Origin: Bdellovibrionota bacterium FG-1
GTDB lineage: Bacteria; Bdellovibrionota; UBA1018
Assembly: GCA_051382295.1 (NCBI GenBank)
Contig: JBBCAW010000058.1
Location: 1 to 54,778, forward strand
Reading direction: 5' to 3'
DNA length: 54,778 nucleotides
Positions 46,331-54,778 of the stretch are shown here, in pieces. Every line of letters begins with the position of its first letter. The first letter of the stretch is position 1. The notes beneath the pieces are model-generated. The model worked only from the letters and a program-made list of their open reading frames with translations. It did no database searches and had not been told where the DNA came from. The position numbers and the translations under genes are program-made.

Positions 46331-48186
46331 AGTTCCCCCTTTTGGTTTGGATATTGGATTTCCCGGCTACGACCCATGTCGCGCGTGAGCGCGGACTCCT
46401 TTTCAAATGCGAGTTCGCGCACCGGCTCCCACGCGAGGCTCGTCTCGATCGAAAATGGATTGAGCGAGGCTTGCAACTCGGCGTGAAACTTTTGGATCTC
46501 CGGCGTGTGCGCCTCAGACGGCGCCACCATCAGCCGGACCTTGCGAACCTTGGGCGCCCCGGCGATTGCGTGGTGGGCCTGCGCAAGATCCGGCTCGAAG
46601 AGCGCCACCACCGACGATTGCGCTTTGCCGCCACGGACCAGAGTGTCGGGCTCGAACTGAAGAAAGGTCTTGGCGTCAACATAGAGGCGCATGTCCGCGC
46701 CCGCCCCCTTAGCGGTGAAGAAGGGGCGCCCCGGTGATGCGCGTTTGCGCAAAGCATACGACCCGCGCGAACCGGGTTCGTACTCGGCGGCGCCGGTATC
46801 ACCTTTCTCGGCCAGCAGGAATACCGAGCCTTTGGTGGTGACATGCACGAGCTGGCGCTTGAACAGGGTGGCATGGATCGGGTGCTGGGTTGGCACATGG
46901 AGAAGACGGGCAAGATGACTGATTGCCTCGGCCCTGGGTGCGGCGTCTTCGCGTGGGACGTAGAAGGCCTGATAGCGTTTTTTCGCTTCGCCCAGGTGCT
47001 TTTCAAGAAGCAGGAGCTTGGGGTTGTCGTTCAATGCCGCGATCGCCTGAAGGAACCCAACTTGGCGATGGTTGGCGGCGAAATCAATAACGCCACCCTG
47101 GGTCTTGTTTTTGTGGTTGATCCAGGCGTATTCCGACACCTCAACATAATCGCGGCCCCGCAGGACGAAATGCCCGTCCTTGCCGCGATCGAGCAGGATC
47201 TTCTCGCGGTCGCAGTAACTGAGGATGCTTTGCGTTTTGGCGCGGCGGAGCTCTTCGACCGGCAGAACGCTTTCGACTAAGGCCCGTTCGTCGGGCTTGG
47301 TGATCCCGTCTGCGCGATGGGACACGCGCGCCGCTGCCGGGTTGATCTGTGTTTCGGTACGCGCGAGCGCGGCGGGCGGTTGGCGGTAACCCGCAACCAG
47401 TTCAGAAAGTGTGCGCTTGGCCTCGGGAGAGGCCTGCACGCGGTCCCAATTTTTTTGAAAGCGGGTTTCGAGCCCTGGCTTATCCAGATCGGGGTCGAGG
47501 TTGCGCCCGCGTTTGCCATGTTCACGCCCGGGATAAAAATAGGTGATGTTCTTGGGCTCGACTCGCACATTGATATCGAACGCGTTGAGGAGCGCGATGT
47601 ACTCGTCATAGTTGGTTGCGTGTTGGCGGGCGAAGCGTGACTTGGCCGCAAGATCCACGATATACGAGTGCCCTCGGTAAGCGTCGATCCGACGGGGCAG
47701 CTCGCGCGGGCCAGCCGTGCGGAGTTTCTCCTGGGGCGGCAGGACGTTTAGCCCACGGCTTCGTGCAATATCGTCATTGATGTCGCGAAGGGTTCGGATG
47801 TGGCCCAGCTTGTTTTGGATGCGTTTGCCGGTCTCGAGACTCACCGGATTGAGGACAATGTGGTTGTGGGAGTGTTTGGTCTCGTCGGCATGGGTCTGGA
47901 TGACATATTGATGACCGGGTGCAAAGCGAGTGACCAACTCAACTCCCATTGAGTGGATCTCGTCGCGGCTGAGCTTGCGACTCTCGTCATGCGACCAGCT
48001 TTGAATCAGGTGGATCGAGGCATTACCCTTCGAGGCGTGATCGTGTTGAAGCGACTTGAACTCGCTTGCCATCCCGTCGAGGAGGCAGAGGTGCTCGGTG
48101 GTTGGTCCCTCGACGTCGCGCTTGCGCGTCAGGTAGCTCTCCATGTTTTTCGCATTTTGATCGTAGAGAATTTTTACGGTTGCCAT
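46327..48186 (-). CDS. MOBP-type relaxase/mobilisation nuclease with C-terminal extension
   Basis: Motif I ESYL, motif II HLIQSW, motif III TH.D...H.HNHIVLN.V. Confidence 0.9.
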   Translation of the reverse strand: MATVKILYDQNAKNMESYLTRKRDVEGPTTEHLCLLDGMASEFKSLQHDHASKGNASIHLIQSWSHDESRKLSRDEIHSMGVELVTRFAPGHQYVIQTHADETKHSHNHIVLNPVSLETGKRIQNKLGHIRTLRDINDDIARSRGLNVLPPQEKLRTAGPRELPRRIDAYRGHSYIVDLAAKSRFARQHATNYDEYIALLNAFDINVRVEPKNITYFYPGREHGKRGRNLDPDLDKPGLETRFQKNWDRVQASPEAKRTLSELVAGYRQPPAALARTETQINPAAARVSHRADGITKPDERALVESVLPVEELRRAKTQSILSYCDREKILLDRGKDGHFVLRGRDYVEVSEYAWINHKNKTQGGVIDFAANHRQVGFLQAIAALNDNPKLLLLEKHLGEAKKRYQAFYVPREDAAPRAEAISHLARLLHVPTQHPIHATLFKRQLVHVTTKGSVFLLAEKGDTGAAEYEPGSRGSYALRKRASPGRPFFTAKGAGADMRLYVDAKTFLQFEPDTLVRGGKAQSSVVALFEPDLAQAHHAIAGAPKVRKVRLMVAPSEAHTPEIQKFHAELQASLNPFSIETSLAWEPVRELAFEKESALTRDMGRSREIQYPNQKGEL

Positions 48187-48201
48187 ATTTACGCTGCGAG
48201 C

Positions 48202-48549
48202 CTACGGCTCGACTATCCCCAGAAATGATCGCAGGCACTTGAAACCCTGATAAACCTCGTCGAACTTGCCTTTGTAGTCGTCAATCATCCCGCTATGCAG
48301 ATAGCGCGTGGCCTGGTTGAGGTTGTTACCGATGTGGCTGAGTTCGCGTCGAACGGCGTCGCGGGTCTTGACGTCAAGTCGAGGCGTGAAGTCAGCACGG
48401 CTGAAGTAGGTTTCCTTGAGAAGCCACGGGATGCTCTGGCCCGTGAGCAGTTGATCCTTGCGGAGCCGTTGGTATTCGTCGCGGGTAAAGCGCACATGCG
48501 TGCTCGGCAAGGCGGCGGGTTGCGTGGCATCAGTCTTGGTGTCATCCAT
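48202..48549 (-). CDS. mobC: Relaxosome accessory protein MobC
   Basis: VRFTRDEY RHH start; ELSHIGNNLNQ motif; upstream of relaxase. Confidence 0.9.
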   Translation of the reverse strand: MDDTKTDATQPAALPSTHVRFTRDEYQRLRKDQLLTGQSIPWLLKETYFSRADFTPRLDVKTRDAVRRELSHIGNNLNQATRYLHSGMIDDYKGKFDEVYQGFKCLRSFLGIVEP

Positions 48550-48815
48550 GAGAGTCCCCCTGAAACGATTGAGTTGAATTACAAAGTTGCTCACCCGAGC
48601 GTGGGAGTTGAACAATCCCTCGCCAGCCGGGTTGCGTGCCCTGACGTGCTGTGGTTTGCAGTGGCGGAACAGTGACGTTGTCACCAAAAAGGCCGAAATT
48701 CGCGAATAGCAAGCAAGGAGCCTGGTACCCGGCTCCGAACGGTGCCTCTGGCGCCGTATTCTGAGGGCGTGCCGCCCCCAGTCCCCCTTGGACAACGAAG
48801 AGAAGAAAGGCTTCA
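48550..48815. other. Candidate oriT region
   Basis: Non-coding gap upstream of mobC with several short inverted repeats (e.g. GGAGCC..GGCTCC); nic site not determined. Confidence 0.45.
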
Positions 48816-48816
48816 T

Positions 48817-50304
48817 TCATAGGAGTAAACCTGCTCCTTTCGTCGCGAGGCCCATGGCAGTATTGGCGCCTTCGGGCAATCGATCCGGGGTCGAGTCAGT
48901 GAGCATGGGGCGCATGCCCATGAGCAGCGTTCCGGTGAGCGCGGGACCGACGAGAAGTTGAAGCCAGGAGTAGACGGCGAATGCCTGATAGAGCCGCGAA
49001 GACACGAGGCTCGCCGCGTAGAGCGAGACGCCATCAGTGAGGCGACCGAAGGCCTCCATGGTTTCAATGCTTAGGGCTAGGCTCGTGATGACGTGATAGA
49101 GCAACGCCCAGAGCGGCGTCCAAAGGCAAATGCTCAGGTAGGTGACCCACCACCAAAGGACGGGGCGCCACTTCCCGGCGGCGAGAAAAAATACCAGGAC
49201 CGGAAAAAATCCGATTAAAAGCATTTTCAGAAAACCCGCGACGTGAGGCGCGCGGGCCAGGTGATCCGATAACTCCTGTGAGCGGGTCGCGGCCACCGAC
49301 GCGCCCTTGAGATCGCGCCGCCCGATGAGCGAAAGGATACCGTCCATTGAGAACGTGCGGTTTATGAACTGGATGATCCGGCCGCCAGTTCCGGGCAGTT
49401 CGGTGCCGTGTTCCATGCCAAGCACGCCCTCGTGCTGGTCGAGGTAATGATTCACGAGGAGGTTGGACGTTACCCAGTGGTCATAGTTGGCACCAAAGCC
49501 ACGCATGAATTTGTCGATCGCGGTTCCCTCGGCCTTTGCGCGTTCATAGACCGATGAGCGCGTGCGGGCGTAGTCCCCGACGTCCTGGTTCATTCGGGTC
49601 TTAAGCTCAAGGCAGTTTTGATTCACCGGCCCCGGCCCCACCGGGATCTGCGCCAGCTCGCGGTCAGCCGAGCTTTCGCGGGAGAAGTACCGATCGAGGA
49701 AATTGGAGTCGGTGTTCGGGTTGAAGCGCGGGAGCGCTTTGCTCAGGCACTCAGAGGTATAGAAATCGACTTCGGAGCGGAGCTTGGGATCGTCGATCGT
49801 GTCGAAGGCCGCGCCGAGCAGAGCTTTGTAAAAAAAGTTCGGCGCCTGCATCTGGGAGTGGGTTTTGCTGAAGGTGGTATCGACCACGACGCCTAGGGCA
49901 CGGGCGATTTCCTCAGCGGCACCGGAGAGCAGCCGGAAGATCATGCTGACGCGGTATTGGTCGCGCACCGAAGGTGCATTGCCCGTGACATATGGGTTTT
50001 GCGCCCAGCTCACACCATTCATATTGGCCGCGCCGGTCATCACGTCGACCTTGAGAAGCGAGATGCCGACGAAGAGGCAGAACACGAGAAGGACGAGCTT
50101 AGCGATCGGTGCCCGGCGCGCGGGCAGAAAGACGGGGATGTATCGCGACGCAAACGAGAGGAGGAATGCGAAGAAGGCCATGCCGAAGATGAGCAGGATG
50201 GATGCGCGAAAGATCACCTGCGAGGTGATCCAGCGGGTGACCTCTTCCTGGAATTGAAGGCCCATAATCTCGTACAGGGCTTCGTATGCAGTGTTCGCGT
50301 ACAT
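48817..50304 (-). CDS. Conjugal transfer TraG N-terminal-domain-like membrane protein
   Basis: 495 aa; N-terminal TMs, periplasmic FYTSECL..C segment, C-terminal TMs with LW..LWA; mobilisation context. Confidence 0.7.
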   Translation of the reverse strand: MYANTAYEALYEIMGLQFQEEVTRWITSQVIFRASILLIFGMAFFAFLLSFASRYIPVFLPARRAPIAKLVLLVFCLFVGISLLKVDVMTGAANMNGVSWAQNPYVTGNAPSVRDQYRVSMIFRLLSGAAEEIARALGVVVDTTFSKTHSQMQAPNFFYKALLGAAFDTIDDPKLRSEVDFYTSECLSKALPRFNPNTDSNFLDRYFSRESSADRELAQIPVGPGPVNQNCLELKTRMNQDVGDYARTRSSVYERAKAEGTAIDKFMRGFGANYDHWVTSNLLVNHYLDQHEGVLGMEHGTELPGTGGRIIQFINRTFSMDGILSLIGRRDLKGASVAATRSQELSDHLARAPHVAGFLKMLLIGFFPVLVFFLAAGKWRPVLWWWVTYLSICLWTPLWALLYHVITSLALSIETMEAFGRLTDGVSLYAASLVSSRLYQAFAVYSWLQLLVGPALTGTLLMGMRPMLTDSTPDRLPEGANTAMGLATKGAGLLL

Positions 50305-50316
50305 GACTGCCCTTAT

Positions 50317-50431
50317 TGCAAGGGCGTGCCAAGAAGCGCGCTTAGAGCCGGTTTTAGTAAGGCGTTGATTTATTTGGGATCAGCGGCATTCGCGGAGTCT
50401 CAAGCGTGAGACTGAGTCTCGGGGAGTCTCA
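50317..50431 (-). promoter_or_regulatory. Enhancer-like regulatory region of the traG-like gene
   Basis: TGGCACGCCCTTGCA (GG-N9-GC), IHF consensus AATCAACGCCTTA 50358-50370, AGTCTCA-N4-TGAGACT palindrome and GAGTCTC repeats 50395-50430. Confidence 0.55.
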
Positions 50432-50561
50432 CGGGGCTGTAGAGCCAGCGTGGGAATTCAATGTTGAAGCGATCTATGAACAGCGCTTATCCTTTGGTTG
50501 TGCGGAGCAGAAAATTCAACACATACTTCTGCCTTCGGCGTCCAATCGAAGGATCACATAA

Positions 50562-53500
50562 TCACTTTCGCGCAGCCACCCTAGCGATTGCAAGTGCCAG
50601 CTTATTTGCATCCACTGGCTTAGACACGTGGGATTGAAAGCCCGCCAGATGGGCACGTTGAATATCCTCGCGCCCCGCATAAGCGGTGAGTGCGAGGGCA
50701 GGAGTCTTCGCGAGCTTTGATTTCAGCGCCCTGATCTTGCCGATCAAACTGTATCCATCTTCAATCGGCATTGCGATGTCGCTGACCAAAACATCAGGCT
50801 TGTATTCCTCGAAGAGCGCCAGTGCTTGCCTGGCTGATTCGGCTATTTTCACTTCGGCCCCGAAGGTTTGAAGCATGACAGAAAAGACTTCCCTAGCGTT
50901 GGCATCATCGTCCACCACCAGAATTCGCAAGCCACGGAGAGTTACGCCAGCCTCAGCCTCAGCCTCAGCCTCAGCCGTATTGAATTTAGCAGTAGGTTCT
51001 ACTGGGAGGCAAACAGTAAAAGTTGCGCCCTTACCTTCGCCGGCACTCTCAACCTCCACAGTTCCACCGTGCATCTCTACGAGCTTACGCACAATCGCCA
51101 GACCAAGGCCAAGGCCGCCATAGGCTCTTGTCGTGGTGCTGTCTACCTGGGTGAAACGCTCAAACAGGGCGGGCATAAATTCTTGTTTGATTCCTTTCCC
51201 ATTATCACGCACTTGAAATTGAATGCGTTCTCCGACCGGGGACGTGATTCGGTCCAGCTTGATCCATATTCTGCCGCCCTGAGACGAAAATTTGATTGAA
51301 TTGGTGGCTAGATTCCACAATATCTGTTGGAGGCGGTTTGGATCAGCAAAAATAGTCTTTACCGAAGGATCTATCTCGGTTTCGATCTGGATCGACTTGT
51401 TTGCTGCGAGACTTCGAGTCGAATCAATTGCGGAAGAAATGATTTTACTGGGATCTATTTTTTGAATTATCAGATTCAGTTTGCCGGCCTGTATTCTAGA
51501 AATATCTAAAAGATCATCGATTAACTGAGCCTGCGCACGAGCACTTTGTTCTACGATTTCATTCCCGCGTCGGATTTTTTCAGCATCGAGTTTGCCCGTG
51601 CGTAGCAACTGCGACCAAGAGAGAATGGCGGTCAGTGGCGTGCGAAGTTCGTGTGAAAGCGTCGCCAAAAACTCGTCTTTAGCCTGATTCGCCTTTTGCT
51701 CGTTGACTAGGAGTTGTGCTCGTTGATTTTCGCTGTTCCGTTGATCAGTCACGTCCTCTATCGCGAGTAAAACTGCTGCCTCGTTTGTTCCAATTAAGTG
51801 GGTTTTTGTGGAACTCACGAGCATTATTTTTCGACCGATTTGAGGGAAGTCATGCTCCACCTCAAAGCTATCAAAGTTCACTCCCTGATTCAGAGTAGTC
51901 TCAACCAATTTCTGCAATTTTTGGATGTTCCACTGGCTCGAACCCAATTCGGAAATGAGCCTTCCCACAGTTTCAGACGGTGAAACCTTAAATTTTTTGT
52001 AGAAAATATCATTGGCCAGTTTCACGCGGTAATGTGACCCGATCACCAAGAGAGGAATCGGCTGTGACTGGATGATGCTCGCCGCATCATCGCGAGCCAT
52101 CTTTAGATCATCGGCGGTTTTTTTGATCGTCTCCGCGTTCCGCTTGAGGGCATCAATATCCAGTAGCGCTATCACAGCGCCATCAATCTTGTTGTCGGCA
52201 GTCCTATAGGGTCTCACTTGGAGATTATACCAATGTCCCTGGCCATCCTGGGTCTCAACCTCTTTCATGGTCATATGTTCCATGACATCAGAGACGAGTA
52301 GATCGAGGTCGGGGACCTGGATGTTGGGTTTTATGTCGCCGATGGGTCGCCCTACATCGGTAGGAATGAGCTTCAAGGCTTTGCCGGCCTTCGGAGTGAA
52401 ACGCCGGATTTTACCATCCGACCCTACCATCACAATGGGTATATCCACGCTTGAAAGTAGATTAATGAGGTCGCTACTGAGGCTAATCATCTCGCTGTTC
52501 CGAGTTTGCATCTCGTCATTGACTGTTGTCAGTTCTTCGTTGGCCGATTGTAATTCCTCTTTTGATGTCTCCATTTCTTCATTGGTGCTCTGCAATTCTT
52601 CGTTGGTGGACTGCAGCTCCTCATTGGAGGAAACTAATTCCTCTTGAGCCGTCTCGTATTCCTCAATGAGGGACTGCTGATACTCTTGGTTGGCCGAAAG
52701 CTTTTTCTGCACTTCAAGATGGTGCCTATCTGTAACGGCGCGCAGATACTGGTTCCGCTTGCTTTCTTTTGTTGTTTCAGCCCGGGCCTTCCTGGTCTTG
52801 GACCGCGTCTCCGTCTTTCGTCCATCTTGATCCTTGGCCTCTTCGAAAAAAACCGTGAAATACGGTTCTTTCGACGGAGATGGAATTGGGACGACCTTGA
52901 TGGTTAAGGTTCTCAGCTTGCCGCCGTCACGGAAGCACAGACCCTCCTTTACCAACCGTCCATCTGTTTTTCGGGCCGCCTGGATTGCTGCCCTCAAGTC
53001 TGCGATCAGTTCCGGATGAGCCATTCTTAAGAGATTGAAACTGGGATGGCCGGGAGACAGTCTCAAAAAAGGAGCTGTGTCCCCCTGAGATTGTACAATT
53101 TCAAAAACATCATTAATGACCACGGCGGGTGGCGCATACTCAGCCACGGTGATTCGTTCCAATTCACGCTTTACGTCTATGCCGCGTGGTGTGGATTCAG
53201 ATGCCTTTTGGCCGGGTGTCAATCTCTCAACTGAATATCGACTGAGGGGAAACTGGATCTTGAGCGGTGTCGTGATGTGTGTCTTGGAATAAATCTTATT
53301 GGTCGTATCCGTTAATGAAAAAAGATCTGAAAATCCGCCGACGGATTCCGATTTTCCAAGTAAAAGAATACCATTGGGGTTCAGGGCGTAATGAAAAATG
53401 GGAAGAACGATCTTCTGAAGTTCGGAATCGAAATAAATAAGTACATTGCGGCATGAGATTAAATCGACCTTGGCGAAGGGTGGATCACGAGTGACGTCGT

Positions 53501-54657
53501 GGCGCGAGAATAGGCAGGAGTCGCGTAGCCACTTTGCGATGCGGTATCCGCCGCCATCGACTTTGTCAAAAAACTTTTTAAGACGCTCCTTTGAAACTTC
53601 CTCAGAAATAGACTCCGGGTAAATTGCCGTGCGCGCCTTTTGCAATGCCTGTTCACTGATGTCGGTTGCAAAGATTGAAAGTGGCGTGCGGATCTTTGTA
53701 TGCTCTTTCGATTCATCCTGAAGTTCCAGGAAGGTCATCGCGATCGAGTAGGCTTCCTCACCCGTCGAACAGCCGGGTACCCACACGCGAAAGGGTAAGC
53801 TGCGGTCACGATTTTTCATGTATTTGGGGAGAATTCGAGTTTTGAGATCGTCAAAAACCTTCTTATCCCGAAAAAAGCCTGTGACGTGAATCAAAATATC
53901 CGCAAAGAGCGCCTTGATCTCATCGGGGTTGTTCTCTAGAAAATTGGCATATTTGGCCAGTTCGTCGGTCTTTTGGAGAAGCATTCTCCGGGCGATGCGC
54001 CGCTGAATCGTGTTGCTTTTGTAATGACTGAAATCCACATTAGTAATGCTTCGGAGTAAAAAGAAAATCTTAGAAAGACTTTCATCTTTCTTTTTCGGCT
54101 CCGGTTCAATTTCCGCGCCTTGTGGAATAACGTAGGGATGTCTGGCAATCCGGGCCAGTTCAGCCGCAATCCCTTCAGGGGTGCTGATCAGATCCACGAC
54201 TCCGGAAGCGATCGCGCTCCGGGGCATACCATCATATTTCGCGGACTCAGGATCTTGGACGAGGGTAATCCCACCTTCGGCCTTGATTGACCGAAGTCCC
54301 TGTGTTCCATCGGAAGCGGTGCCCGACAATACGACACCGATTGCTCGGGTTTTCTGTGCTTCGGCAAGCTCTCGAAAGAAGAAATCCAGAGGCATGTGCA
54401 GGCCACGTGATTCGGTACGTGGCAGAATTTTAAGTAGCCCGTGGGCAAACCCCAGATTGCAATTCGGAGGAATCACGTAAACATTATTGGGCTGGACCCG
54501 CATGCCGTCTTTGATTTCTTTCACGGGCATTCCGGTCGACCTAGCGAGAATCTCGGGCGTCATGCTTTCATGCTTGGGGTCGAGGTGTTGAATAAGTACA
54601 AAGGCCATGCCTGTATCGACGGGGGTATGAGAAAGTAACGTTTTAAACGCTTCTAAT
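50562..54657 (-). pseudogene. CheB/CheR-PAS-histidine kinase-receiver hybrid, 5' end cut off by IS insertion
   Basis: LEAF..IQHL..GTASDG (CheB lacking GASAGG), VPGCSTGEE.YS and SCRNVLIYF (CheR), NEELQS coil, SHELRTPL, GGLGLGL, receiver domain. Confidence 0.88.
50948..50976. repeat. In-frame hexamer tandem repeat encoding an Ala-Glu linker
   Basis: (CAGCCT)4 CAGCC. Confidence 0.9.
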
Positions 54658-54778
54658 AGTACCTTAGAAGATCCCCGGACGTAAGTCCGGGGGTGTATAA
54701 GGCTCCCAGGTCTTCTTTTCGTGGTAGAAGCTCGGTTCATGAGACTACGGAGACAAGCCCACTGCGTATACCGCACGA
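54658..54778 (+). mobile_element. IS200/IS605-family element, left end (continues beyond the window)
   Basis: Subterminal hairpin CCCCGGAC-GTAA-GTCCGGGG 54673-54692 lies 15 nt inside the cheB breakpoint and is followed by a tnpA start. Confidence 0.75.
54739..54778 (+). CDS. tnpA: IS200-family Y1 transposase, first 13 codons
   Basis: MRLRRQAHCVYRT matches the 'H.VY...YH' N-terminus of TnpA. Confidence 0.7.
   Translation, partial: MRLRRQAHCVYRT

Larger units (their letters stand above)
43137..50440 (-). mobile_element. Integrative mobilisable element or ICE remnant (boundaries approximate)
   Basis: Co-oriented traG-like, mobC, relaxase, hypothetical, xis and tyrosine integrase genes, then a PIN module and an att-like region. 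Confidence 0.75.

Noticed and set aside
50948..50976. Hexamer repeat as a phase-variation switch
   Set aside because: Unit length is a multiple of 3, so it would only change linker length
52520..52660. 21-nt quasi-repeats
   Set aside because: They encode the ordinary NEELQS heptad coiled coil of CheB/CheR fusions; not a CRISPR or non-coding array
54658..54776. First ~40 aa of the 1404-aa ORF in the track
   Set aside because: Read-through into IS200 left-end DNA, not CheB sequence

Overview
Bacterial chromosomal window. The gene repertoire suggests a Bdellovibrionota/Oligoflexia-like organism, but this is inference only. Bases 1-30.9 kb are mostly core-like: TolC+RND pump, a complete NAD-reducing [NiFe]-hydrogenase operon hoxFUYHW, prfC, rnd, an MFS transporter, degQ, ychJ, cyaY, grxC and murJ. 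Several predicted exported enzymes are interspersed, most notably a RelA/SpoT-type alarmone synthetase domain behind a Sec-type signal peptide and a GP42-like transglutaminase. From about 30.9 kb the window is an accessory mosaic. It holds two type II TA operons with visible operator arrays, an 856-bp IS66-ended element whose interior is replaced by a frameshifted resolvase and which truncates a SecD-P1-like gene, and addB-addA coupled to an ADP-ribosylglycohydrolase. It continues with an FHA gene, a 64-bp relic of a second addA, and an integrative mobilisable element (integrase, xis, relaxase, mobC, lone TraG-like gene, PIN module). The window ends in a CheB/CheR-PAS-kinase gene decapitated by an IS200-family insertion. 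No rRNA, tRNA or CRISPR array was recognised. All family calls come from motifs read by eye; no database searches were run.
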